DNA from: an uncultured bacterium
GTDB taxonomy: Bacteria; Babelota; Babeliae; Babelales; JACPOV01
NCBI GenBank assembly: GCA_963744715.1
Contig: CAVUUR010000009.1
Location: 29,042 to 93,041, forward strand
DNA length: 64,000 bases
Direction: 5' to 3'
The position numbers and the translations under genes were made by a program. Under the pieces are notes generated by a model. That model saw nothing but the letters and a program-made list of their open reading frames with translations, searched no databases and was not told where the DNA came from. Shown in pieces: positions 47,142 through 55,852 of the stretch (its first letter is position 1; every line of letters begins with the position of its first letter).

Positions 47142-47690
47142 TTATGATTTTTCCGCTTTTTTAGTAGATTCAGTATTGAGCGTTTCTTTTTCCTTGGATT
47201 TTTCTTTTAATTCCTTGGTATCTTTTTTCTCACTCGTTGATTTTGTTGTAGTATCATCTTGTTGAAGTTTTTCGATAAGCTCTTCTTTTTGCAGAATTTC
47301 TTTGTTCAAGCGTTCTAGCTCTTTATTATATTCGAGCTGCATCGCGTCCAATTTTTGTTTTCGTTCTGCTTTTTTTTCTTCTTTTTTCTTTTTATTACGC
47401 GCCAATTCTTTTTGTTGTTGTTCTCGGCGTTTCTCTTCTTTCATCCGATAAATTTCTTCTTCTTGAGCTTGTAAGCGGCGATTCAACCGATCAGTTTCGT
47501 ACGTATCAACCGTGTTGTTGGTTCGCACTTCTACGTATTCACGGCGCGGTCTGTTATTAATAGCTGCCGTGGTAAGAGCGCCTGCTGCAAGACCACCAAC
47601 GAACCATCCAGCACCATTGCCAGCATAAATGCTTGGGGTGCTTACTACAAAAAATTGTACTACTAGTAAAAAAAGTAATGATTTCTTCAT
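47142..47690 (-). CDS. hypothetical secreted protein with glycine-zipper segment and highly charged coiled coil
   Basis: Signal peptide MKKSLLFLLVVQFFVVSTPSIYA, then GNGAGWFVGGLAAGALTTAA (glycine zipper), followed by a K/E-rich helix. Confidence 0.5.
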   Translation of the reverse strand: MKKSLLFLLVVQFFVVSTPSIYAGNGAGWFVGGLAAGALTTAAINNRPRREYVEVRTNNTVDTYETDRLNRRLQAQEEEIYRMKEEKRREQQQKELARNKKKKEEKKAERKQKLDAMQLEYNKELERLNKEILQKEELIEKLQQDDTTTKSTSEKKDTKELKEKSKEKETLNTESTKKAEKS

Positions 47691-48021
47691 AAAAAACTCC
47701 TCGAGAGCATCTTTAATTTTATTGAATTATATAATAATTAAATATGCCTAAATAATACATTATCTAGTATATTAAATTCTATTTGAAAAAATCAATATTT
47801 CAGCGCTAAATATAATACCTATACCTGGGTTGCTTTGGTTTTCTATTAGCCCCACTAAGGTAAAGATTTTTACGATTCTTTTTTTTGCGTAAAGTACAAT
47901 ATTTTTGTAGATTTTTAAGTTGCTCAGCAAAATAGCCTCTCTTGATTTAGCATACTATTGTGCTAGGTTCTAAAAAATAAAATGAAGCACAATGTTTAGT
48001 AAAAAAAGAGAGTGAGTAGTG

Positions 48022-50052
48022 ATGAAGAGATTCTTTTTTGTATGCATGATACTTTTTACACCATTCAGATTTTTTGCGCATTCCAGTACCGATTATATAC
48101 CCAAGTATGGTAATAACAATTATCCACAAATAACTGGGCACACTTCTACATCTTATCAAAAAAATAATGGCAATGTTCTTTTACAAGCTCTTAAAAAAAT
48201 AGCAGAGCCCGCAGCTGTTCTAGCTTTTTTAGTATGCTGTGCATACGAATGGTGGAAGGGAGAAAAAGAATTAAAAGATCCGTATAAAGAAGATCGACAT
48301 TATGATAAAGAACTGCGCAATCGGTTGGAACGGGAATATCCTAAGCTGCTTGCACTTGCTCATACATCTAACTATGATAGCGTACCCCCTCATGTAATCA
48401 AGCAGCGATTGAATAGTGTAATAGTGCATACTAATAATCATGCTACGTATGAAATCAGTACAAAAGTTTTTGCCTTATCCGCACCGATACAACAATTATT
48501 ATGTGAACATAATCTTCCAGTCAATGCATACCAAACATTGCGAGGATCGACCTTGCAGCATACTATCCATACGGAATGCTTGCAGGTAATTGATAGTATT
48601 GCGGGAACAAGCATAACGCAAACCAATAATTTCCTGATGTCATTCGTTGAACTGAGTCGACAACATAATTATGCCGGCATGGTTACCGATGCGCTTAATC
48701 TTCTTGATGTCTGTTGGTCCTTTATGCGATCGGCTACGCTCGCCATTGGCGAAGGTATTCTTGAAGAGATCAATGCTACTGCAACGGCGATAGCCCATGC
48801 AATTACTAATCCACAAGGTGCTGTGATTGAATTGGTAACCAGTGCACGCGACATGACCTACTGTGCATTGCACGCTATTAAAAAATATCCAGCATTATTT
48901 TCTGTTGTAGTACTACCAGGCCATGAACCATTACTTGCTGCGGGTGAATTAGTACATTTCGGAAATTCTTTTCGACACTATTCCATTAATCATTCGGAGG
49001 AACTGTTAGAAATAGCAGCATCGACACAGCACACCCTTAATAATTACAAAAGGCCTTCTCCGGCATTTGCACAAAGCATAGAAAATACTGCACATTATTT
49101 AATTCGTTTCATTAAACAACATCAATCACTTACTGCTATTCTACAAGAGAATTATAGAAAACAAGCACTAACACTCACCCAAGAAGTGGGCCGAACCGCA
49201 CATGCGCTGCAATTGTATTGTGTTAATAATCCGTACGATGCACTTAAAAAGAGTTCTCGTTTGGTTACACAAACTGTTCTGTTGCCCGTAACTGCTCATT
49301 GTTTGCATAAACTTTTTACGGCTGCGTATCATAACATTCCTGCCTATGTTGAAAAAATAAAACAAGGCAGCAGAGCATTAACCGCACAAGAAGTGCCGGT
49401 TGCTGTTGCACTCCAAACAACTGAAATTATTACACCAGCTGCGCTACAAGAAGAATTTGTGGTGTTGGCAAATACGGTTCAAGAAGAAACTGCTGCTGGA
49501 TCACTCGTCAATGTTATTCCATTAGTTGAAGACCTTGTAACAAATTTAACGGCGCTTTTAGAACCAGTGGGAAAAAAATTGCCTCAGTTAAAACAATCAT
49601 TTGATATTACGCGAAAAGGTTTTCTTGAATCTGCCACTAAATATATTAAAGTTGATCATTATCATATTTTAGGTATTGGTTGGGTTAAAAAGGGAAAAGA
49701 AATTATTAAATGGTTCGGTTTCCATCATGATTTTATGGGGACTATTGAAAAAAGTGGACTGGTTAAATTCACTAACAAAGTTATTCATGGTAACGGGTTT
49801 TACAAAGCAGATGTTATTATCAATGGTATTCAACGACCTAAAACTTTCTTCCCTCAACATTGGTCTCATGAGAAAGTGATTAGTAAAATTCTGGAAGCTT
49901 ATGACCATTTCATTAAAAATGGCGCTAAAAATTATGAATTGGGTAAAGATGGTAAATACTTTGTAACGGGATTTATTGATGAAGGTGTTAAGATTGAAAT
50001 GTATATTACTAAAAAAGGTCAAATAGTATCCGCGTATCCAGTATTGATGTGA
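48022..50052 (+). CDS. polymorphic-toxin-like secreted protein with C-terminal EndoU-like RNase domain
   Basis: 676 aa from ATG 48022, with signal peptide MKRFFFVCMILFTPFRFFAHS and a TM-like AAVLAFLVCCAYEWW. A long helical region of unknown family follows. The C-terminal ~130 aa (about 49654-50049) carry HILGIGW...GFHHDF...KTFFPQHWSHEKVISKILEAY...GVKIEMYITKKGQIVSAYPV, matching the H..G/GxH/FP..WS/..AYP pattern I recall for bacterial EndoU toxins. Confidence 0.7.
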   Translation: MKRFFFVCMILFTPFRFFAHSSTDYIPKYGNNNYPQITGHTSTSYQKNNGNVLLQALKKIAEPAAVLAFLVCCAYEWWKGEKELKDPYKEDRHYDKELRNRLEREYPKLLALAHTSNYDSVPPHVIKQRLNSVIVHTNNHATYEISTKVFALSAPIQQLLCEHNLPVNAYQTLRGSTLQHTIHTECLQVIDSIAGTSITQTNNFLMSFVELSRQHNYAGMVTDALNLLDVCWSFMRSATLAIGEGILEEINATATAIAHAITNPQGAVIELVTSARDMTYCALHAIKKYPALFSVVVLPGHEPLLAAGELVHFGNSFRHYSINHSEELLEIAASTQHTLNNYKRPSPAFAQSIENTAHYLIRFIKQHQSLTAILQENYRKQALTLTQEVGRTAHALQLYCVNNPYDALKKSSRLVTQTVLLPVTAHCLHKLFTAAYHNIPAYVEKIKQGSRALTAQEVPVAVALQTTEIITPAALQEEFVVLANTVQEETAAGSLVNVIPLVEDLVTNLTALLEPVGKKLPQLKQSFDITRKGFLESATKYIKVDHYHILGIGWVKKGKEIIKWFGFHHDFMGTIEKSGLVKFTNKVIHGNGFYKADVIINGIQRPKTFFPQHWSHEKVISKILEAYDHFIKNGAKNYELGKDGKYFVTGFIDEGVKIEMYITKKGQIVSAYPVLM

Positions 50053-50067
50053 AAATAAGGAAAATTG

Positions 50068-50451
50068 ATGAATAATTTTGTTAAAATAATATTAATAGAA
50101 GATTGTTATCGATATAAGAATGCCGATACAGTAGAGATGTGTATTTTAAGTCGTTTTTTAACATCAGATGTTTATTGTTTTGGCTCATCACGATACAAAG
50201 AATGGGCTCTCGATAAAACTTATTTAGGTAGTTATGGAGGCAATATAACCAACCTTGAAAAAAAAGATAATTATATCGTAGTGAGTGATCAATATTCTGA
50301 AGAACCGGATGGTGGCCCTTATTTCCCTATTGAACAACCAGAATTCGTTAAACTTCTTGATGAATGGGAAAATATTTGCAAACAAAATCCAAAACCACAA
50401 GAAGTTCTTATTACCTATGATGGAAAACATTTTACGTTTGCCTGTAAATAA
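50068..50451 (+). CDS. candidate cognate immunity protein 1
   Basis: 127-aa acidic ORF lying 15 nt after the toxin stop, with AGGA upstream. It is a paralog of 50674-51051. No family recognised. Confidence 0.6.
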   Translation: MNNFVKIILIEDCYRYKNADTVEMCILSRFLTSDVYCFGSSRYKEWALDKTYLGSYGGNITNLEKKDNYIVVSDQYSEEPDGGPYFPIEQPEFVKLLDEWENICKQNPKPQEVLITYDGKHFTFACK

Positions 50452-50452
50452 T

Positions 50453-50665
50453 CATAAAACTTTTCTCCCGCAGCATTGGTCCCATGAAAAAGTAATTAGT
50501 AAAGTTCTGGAAGCCTATGATCATTTCATTAAAACTGGCGCAAAAAATTATAAATTGCTTGCTAATGGTAAATATCGTATAACAGGGTTTATCGATGAGG
50601 GTGTAAAGATTGAAATGTATATTACTAAAACTGGTCAAATAACAACAGCTTATCCAGTTATATAA
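50453..50665 (+). pseudogene. orphan 3' fragment of an EndoU-like toxin gene (no start codon, catalytic His region missing)
   Basis: Begins 1-2 nt after the immunity-1 stop. It encodes HKTFLPQHWSHEKVISKVLEAYDHFIKTGAKNYKLLANGKYRITGFIDEGVKIEMYITKTGQITTAYPVI, colinear with the last ~70 aa of the main toxin. The upstream part of track ORF 50285-50665 is merely an alternative frame of immunity 1. Confidence 0.7.
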
Positions 50666-50673
50666 GGATATCA

Positions 50674-51051
50674 ATGAAAAATAATTACTTAATATTAGCT
50701 TTTAAAGATGATTGCTATGGATATAAAGATGCAGATATTGCAGAGATGGCTATACTTGGATGCTTTTTAATCTCCGATGTTTACTGCTTTGGTTCAAAAC
50801 CTAAAGAATGGGTTCTTTTCGACACTCAATATACTAAGTATGGAGCTAACATAACTTTTCTTGAAAAAAAAGATGGATACATTATTGTCAGTGATCAATA
50901 TTCTGAAGAACCTGATGGTGGCCCTTATTTCCCTATCGAACAACGAGAATTTGTTAAATTTCTTGATGAATGGGAAAATATTTGCAAACAAAATCCAAAA
51001 CCACAAGAAGTTGTCATTACGTACGACGGAAAACGTTTCACGTTTTCTTAA
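50674..51051 (+). CDS. candidate immunity protein 2 (orphan-associated paralog)
   Basis: 125 aa, about 70% identical to immunity 1. The C-terminal halves are nearly identical (SDQYSEEPDGGPYFPIEQ.EFVK.LDEWENICKQNPKPQEV.ITYDGK.FTF) and the N-terminal halves diverge. Confidence 0.6.
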   Translation: MKNNYLILAFKDDCYGYKDADIAEMAILGCFLISDVYCFGSKPKEWVLFDTQYTKYGANITFLEKKDGYIIVSDQYSEEPDGGPYFPIEQREFVKFLDEWENICKQNPKPQEVVITYDGKRFTFS

Positions 51052-52488
51052 TTAACGAGATAATGCATATTTTTGGTAGAAATAATTCATGAAAATTAGT
51101 TGAGGATCAAATTGTTTCTTAAAGCCAAAAAAAGTATCAATGGTGGGATATGCTTTTTCAAGTTGTTCTTTGCTAGCGTGCAATTGTATAGGTAAATAAT
51201 AGGTACCATCAAGTTTGCTAACGGTATCAATTAAATGTTGTGTCCATTTTTTTGTCTTTTTAGTAGCATCATCCGTTAATTTTTGATTCAAAAACAAAAC
51301 AACACCGACGCAATCATTTCTGCTGTACGACAAAAAACTTTCTGTATTGTGCGGAATATAACGAAGGGCTACTTGCAGAATATTTATATTAAATTTTTTA
51401 GTCCATACCGAAAGAGCTTCTATAAAAGGAATGAGATTATGCAAGGGGACAAAATATTCTTGCAACAAATCAGTTTCCGTTGAAGAATTTAAATATATAT
51501 GCGATAAATGTGGGCTCATGATATTATTACGAGAAATGATGCTTCCATTCGCTACACCATCGGCTGGCCCTTGCATTGCTTTAGCAAATGAACTTTGTCG
51601 TAAAAATTTCATACCAATTTTTTTTATTGCAACGTATTGTTCTTTATAAAATTTTTTAACGTATTTTTTTTTGCGATGAGAAAGTGTATTCTCGTCAATT
51701 TTTTTGTAATTAAATACCATTACCTCTGAAAATGATGATTCGTTGACTGGCATCAAAAATTGTGCAAAATGGAAACCGAGCGATGGATCATTGTTCATAG
51801 TTCTAAGGAAATGTACGTAATCATCCAGGGCAAGAAAACTCGTTTCTTTTTTGTAGATATCATTATTAGTAACTTCCATTGTTACTTCCAAGATAATACC
51901 GAAAAGTCCATAGCCTCCTATGGCGAGCCTGAAAAGATCGGCATTTTCTGTTCTGCTTGCATTGACTATCGTACCATCTGCAAGTAAAATTTTTATGCAT
52001 CGAACTGATTGAATAAATGGTCCATAATGTGGATCTATGCCATTTGCATTCACACTTAACGCTCCACCTATGGTGAAAAAATTAGCGAACTGCATAATTT
52101 TTACAGCGAGATTATGAGCATTTAAATATTCTTGAACTTGTTTCCACGTTGCTCCGGTTTGTACCGTTATAAATTTTTCATTAGTATCAAGATTAATTAT
52201 TTTGTTCAATTTTTTTAAGCTGATAACAATGCCATCAGGATAAAATGCATGCCCACCTTGGCTGTGCCTTGCTCCTGCGATTGAAATTTTGAGGTGCTCA
52301 TTGCCAGCACGTTCAACAATTTTTATTAATTCTTCATAATTCTCCGGTGTAATAAATTCTCGTATGACCGTTTTATTGAGGTGAGAAAAATCATCAATGA
52401 TGTGCGTATGCGCCATGTCAGGAACGATGATGCCATGATGATTAAGTATTGTGCAAATAGTTATAAAAATAAAAATATAAAAATTCAT
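51052..52488 (-). CDS. FAD-binding (PCMH/FAD_binding_4-type) oxidoreductase with N-terminal signal/anchor
   Basis: 478 aa with hydrophobic N-terminus MNFYIFIFITICTIL. ISIAGARHSQGGHAF and GATWKQVQEYL...NFFTIGGALSVNANG are typical of vanillyl-alcohol-oxidase-type flavoproteins. The substrate is unknown. Confidence 0.65.
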   Translation of the reverse strand: MNFYIFIFITICTILNHHGIIVPDMAHTHIIDDFSHLNKTVIREFITPENYEELIKIVERAGNEHLKISIAGARHSQGGHAFYPDGIVISLKKLNKIINLDTNEKFITVQTGATWKQVQEYLNAHNLAVKIMQFANFFTIGGALSVNANGIDPHYGPFIQSVRCIKILLADGTIVNASRTENADLFRLAIGGYGLFGIILEVTMEVTNNDIYKKETSFLALDDYVHFLRTMNNDPSLGFHFAQFLMPVNESSFSEVMVFNYKKIDENTLSHRKKKYVKKFYKEQYVAIKKIGMKFLRQSSFAKAMQGPADGVANGSIISRNNIMSPHLSHIYLNSSTETDLLQEYFVPLHNLIPFIEALSVWTKKFNINILQVALRYIPHNTESFLSYSRNDCVGVVLFLNQKLTDDATKKTKKWTQHLIDTVSKLDGTYYLPIQLHASKEQLEKAYPTIDTFFGFKKQFDPQLIFMNYFYQKYALSR

Positions 52489-52636
52489 GGTAATGCCATT
52501 AAAAAGTTATGTTATCTATATTAGTACTATTATTATATTAATAATAAATTAAAAATGCGCAACAAATATTTTTATTAAATTCAAATTAGAATTTTTATAA
52601 GGAATTGGGGGAAAAAGGCTTAATACGAGATTCTTG

Positions 52637-54031
52637 TTACTCTACATTGAGTATGGTTGCTAATTTATTGATTTTTCCTGCGCCTAAAAGAAGAACAAGG
52701 TCATCAGGAGCAATGCACGTATCAAGCTTGGTTCGTAATGCATTAAAATGAGATTCGTAGGGAATATATGACACCGTAAAATTAGGATTGCGTGCTTGCA
52801 ACGCCTTTACTAAATTTTGGCTCGTAATTTCTGGAATGCTTTCTTCACTTGCTGGATAAATATCAGTAATGATGAGCGTATCAGGACTATAGTTAAGAAA
52901 GGTATCAATAAAAAGATCCCACAATTTATGAGTTCTGGTATACCGATGTGGCTGAAATACCACAATAAGGCGCCCTTTGCTTCGATTACGCGCAACCATT
53001 AACGTATTTTTAATTTCTTCCGGATGATGGCCGTAATCATCAAAAAGTTCTGCTTTTTTATACGTTCCCTTATAGCTAAAGCGTCTATCAATTCCCTTAA
53101 AGGTTGCTAATGCATGCGCAATAGTTTCAAACGGTATATCTAAATCAAGGGTAACGGTTAATGCAGCGAGAGCATTAAGAACATTGTGTCTCCCGGGCAT
53201 GGTGAGGGTAAGCACACCGAGCGGTTTTTCTTGATGTTTGGAATACGCGGTAAAGGTTGAATGATCGGGTGCTAATGTTATCTGCTCTGCATAAATATCG
53301 GCAGAAGAATCAAGGCCATAACTCAGTACTTTTAAATGCGGTAATGGCAATAATGAGCGCACATGAAAATCATCGATGCACACTATTGCTTTTCCATAAA
53401 ATGGTAAATTATTTAAAAATTGTTTGAACGTATCCTTAATATCATCAATGTCCGCATATACATCTAGGTGTTCCAAGTCGATATTAGTTATTACGGCCAG
53501 GGTGGGTTGTAAATGAACTAATGATCGATCACTTTCATCCGCTTCGGCAACTAAAAAATCACTTTTTCCTAAATTGGCATTCGTTGCAATATTTTTTAAA
53601 TGGCCACCAATAATAACGGTAGGATCTTTGTGTGCTTCAATAAGAATGTGAGAGATGAGTGAGGTAGTAGTTGTTTTTCCATGAGCGCCGGCAATAGCAA
53701 TACTATATTTGGTACGCATTAATTCTGCTAACATCAGTGCTCGGCCAATAGTTGGAATTCCGCGTTGTTGTGCCGCGAGAATTTCTGGATTATGGCGATT
53801 AATAGCGGATGAATATACCAGAATATTAATAGTTACGTCATTGCAATGTGGAGTATTGTTTCCCTCGTAAATATTACAACCAATTGCTTTTAAATCATAA
53901 ATACTTTGTTGATGCATGTCTTGATCGCATCCTGAAATGGTATAGCCTTGATATTTTAAAATTTTAGCAATACCACTCATGCCAATACCACCAATACCAA
54001 CAAAATGTATATGTGCTTTTTTGTTGTACAT
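52637..54031 (-). CDS. murC: UDP-N-acetylmuramate--L-alanine ligase
   Basis: 464 aa with IHFVGIGGIGMSGIA, AGAHGKTTTTS and the Mur ligase middle and C domains. Confidence 0.95.
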   Translation of the reverse strand: MYNKKAHIHFVGIGGIGMSGIAKILKYQGYTISGCDQDMHQQSIYDLKAIGCNIYEGNNTPHCNDVTINILVYSSAINRHNPEILAAQQRGIPTIGRALMLAELMRTKYSIAIAGAHGKTTTTSLISHILIEAHKDPTVIIGGHLKNIATNANLGKSDFLVAEADESDRSLVHLQPTLAVITNIDLEHLDVYADIDDIKDTFKQFLNNLPFYGKAIVCIDDFHVRSLLPLPHLKVLSYGLDSSADIYAEQITLAPDHSTFTAYSKHQEKPLGVLTLTMPGRHNVLNALAALTVTLDLDIPFETIAHALATFKGIDRRFSYKGTYKKAELFDDYGHHPEEIKNTLMVARNRSKGRLIVVFQPHRYTRTHKLWDLFIDTFLNYSPDTLIITDIYPASEESIPEITSQNLVKALQARNPNFTVSYIPYESHFNALRTKLDTCIAPDDLVLLLGAGKINKLATILNVE

Positions 54032-54182
54032 GCATACTTCCTATGCTACGAATATTACCAGTATCATATCAATGTAGATTGATTGTGCAATAGTAGCACA
54101 AAGATACTATTTTCTGGTAAAAATGTATCACAGAATCTGCATATTGAATAGCGTGGAATATAAAATAATATTGAATCTAAAA

Positions 54183-54626
54183 CTAAGATTTTTTGTTCAA
54201 CATTTGATAAAACTGTGAAGTTATAAAGATTAATAACCCTATACCATGTGCACGTAAATATTCTGGTGTTTGATTATAATTGCCTATGCCCGCATGTACA
54301 AGACGTGTAATTTCCATCGTAGCGAGGAAACCTAGAAGGTTTGCAACGTCAGAAAATAAGGTTGTTTCAGAATCTTTCTCGAACATATAATCAGAAATTT
54401 TATAGGAAAGCATGTATATAAGCGGAGTTATTGCAGTTTGTTGAGCAAAGCTTAGTAGTTCCGTTTTTGAAGGCAATGAAGTGGCACTTATTTGTTTTTC
54501 AGGAAATAAATATTGACACGTAGAAACAAGTGCTTTAGTAATCATGCTATCATTACTATGAACAGTTTGGGATATGAGCCCTGTACTAATAATAAAGCTG
54601 TAAATAAGCGGTTTTGCTGAAATCAT
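54183..54626 (-). CDS. hypothetical membrane protein
   Basis: 147 aa with several hydrophobic segments. No family recognised. Confidence 0.4.
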   Translation of the reverse strand: MISAKPLIYSFIISTGLISQTVHSNDSMITKALVSTCQYLFPEKQISATSLPSKTELLSFAQQTAITPLIYMLSYKISDYMFEKDSETTLFSDVANLLGFLATMEITRLVHAGIGNYNQTPEYLRAHGIGLLIFITSQFYQMLNKKS

Positions 54627-54673
54627 AGGCTTTTCTTCCTAAATAGTAAAAATTAAAATTACAAATATAATAT

Positions 54674-54730
54674 TAACATAATTTGCCTAGATATCAAGCT
54701 AGCTGTTTGACATCTAGGCAAATTATGTTA
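54674..54730. repeat. 19-bp perfect inverted repeat overlapping the promoter of DUF2807 paralog 1
   Basis: TAACATAATTTGCCTAGAT (54674-54692) and ATCTAGGCAAATTATGTTA (54712-54730) are exact reverse complements. The 19-nt spacer contains the palindrome AGCTAGCT. Confidence 0.8.
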
Positions 54731-54734
54731 TAAT
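54707..54734 (+). promoter_or_regulatory. candidate extended -10 promoter for DUF2807 paralog 1
   Basis: TTGACA (54707-54712), 16-nt spacer ending in TGT, TATAAT (54729-54734). The right arm of the inverted repeat fills the spacer. Confidence 0.5.
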
Positions 54735-54788
54735 AGCTAATATATTGATAATATTTTTATAAAAAATGATTTAATGGAAAGATTTGCG

Positions 54789-55526
54789 ATGAAAATATCC
54801 AAAAGTATTATTATAGTAGTGTTGTTAAGCGGTTATGTCTCATTACATGGCTGGAATTGGCCATTTTCGGCTAAAGAAAAAAACACCGTGTATGAGTCAG
54901 GGATTGTCGTTACAAAAAAACATACTATTCATGATATTAAGACTATTGAAGCCAGTGGAAATTTTTATCTCAAGGTGCGGCAAGCAGATACGGAATCGTT
55001 GGTAATTGAAGCTGATAAAAATATAATGCCATTTGTGCAAGTAGATGTCGTTGATCATGTGTTAAAAATAAACATAAAAGATGATGTAAGATTGGAATTG
55101 AATAATAGTATAACTTGTTACATTAATGTTAAAAACGTGCAAACAATAAAACAAGCTGGTGCAATAACGCTTGATATTGAAGTAGATAATGAAGAGCTTT
55201 CGCTTGAATCATCTGGTTCTTCAACAACATTTGGTTCTATAACAACAAAAAAATTATCCATAACAGCACGTGGTTATGCAAAAATTGATTTAGGTGGTAA
55301 AACATCTTCTCAAAACCTTGTAATTTCAGGTTCTGTTACTTATGATGGCACTGATCTTGAGTCTGAAATATGTAAACTTAAAGTTTCAGGCAATGCCGAT
55401 GTAACCGTTAAAGCAAGTAAAGAAATTACAGGTTCTGTATCCGGTTCGAGTGTATTGTATTATATTGGTAAGCCAAAGATAAATGTTTCAACGTCAGGGT
55501 TTTCAAGTATAAAAAAGGCATCGTAA
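54789..55526 (+). CDS. DUF2807-like (putative adhesin head, GIN-type beta-helix) secreted protein, paralog 1
   Basis: Signal peptide MKISKSIIIVVLLSGYVSLHG. IKTIEASGNFYLKVRQADTESLVIEADKNIMPFVQVDVVDHVLKINIKD, followed by repeated ..SGS....G.I....L.I...G.. units, fits my memory of DUF2807. Confidence 0.65.
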   Translation: MKISKSIIIVVLLSGYVSLHGWNWPFSAKEKNTVYESGIVVTKKHTIHDIKTIEASGNFYLKVRQADTESLVIEADKNIMPFVQVDVVDHVLKINIKDDVRLELNNSITCYINVKNVQTIKQAGAITLDIEVDNEELSLESSGSSTTFGSITTKKLSITARGYAKIDLGGKTSSQNLVISGSVTYDGTDLESEICKLKVSGNADVTVKASKEITGSVSGSSVLYYIGKPKINVSTSGFSSIKKAS

Positions 55527-55567
55527 CTTACTTTATAAGAAAAATTATTTTAAATGAGGGGTTTATC

Positions 55568-55852
55568 ATGAAAATATCTAAAAGTATTGTTATAGTGTTG
55601 CTGTTAAGCGGTTATGTTTCATTACAGGGATGGAATTTCGCGATTTTTCGCTCAACAAGGCACGTCTGTTCTAGGAACTGCTATTGCAGAAGAACCTAAT
55701 GTTCACGATATTAATGACGTTATCGGATGCGTACCTTGCTATCATGCTATCCATGGTATTAAAGCTGTTGAATTCCATGGTGATATTTATTACCATTTGC
55801 AGCAGTCAAATAAGGAATCACTCGTCATCGAAGGTCATAAGGATGCGATTCC
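55568..55852 (+). pseudogene. DUF2807-like paralog 2, frameshifted and 3'-truncated remnant
   Basis: MKISKSIVIVLLLSGYVSLQGWNF is nearly identical to the paralog 1 N-terminus. The frame breaks at about 55630-55640. Homology continues in ORF 55614-55898 (HGIKAVEFHGDIYYHLQQSNKESLVIEGHKDAIPLIV) and stops at about 55852, where a murC-like fragment begins. Confidence 0.65.

Larger units (their letters stand above)
49840..51051. repeat. diverged tandem duplication of a ~0.6-kb unit (toxin 3' end + immunity gene)
   Basis: Unit 1 is 49840-50451 and unit 2 is 50456-51051. They are colinear at protein level and about 80% identical at nucleotide level in the toxin part. Confidence 0.75.

Noticed and set aside
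50285-50665. Track ORF 50285-50665 as a complete 126-aa gene
   Set aside because: Its first 56 codons are an alternative frame inside immunity gene 1. Only the part from about 50453 is homologous to the toxin C-terminus, and it has no start codon of its own.
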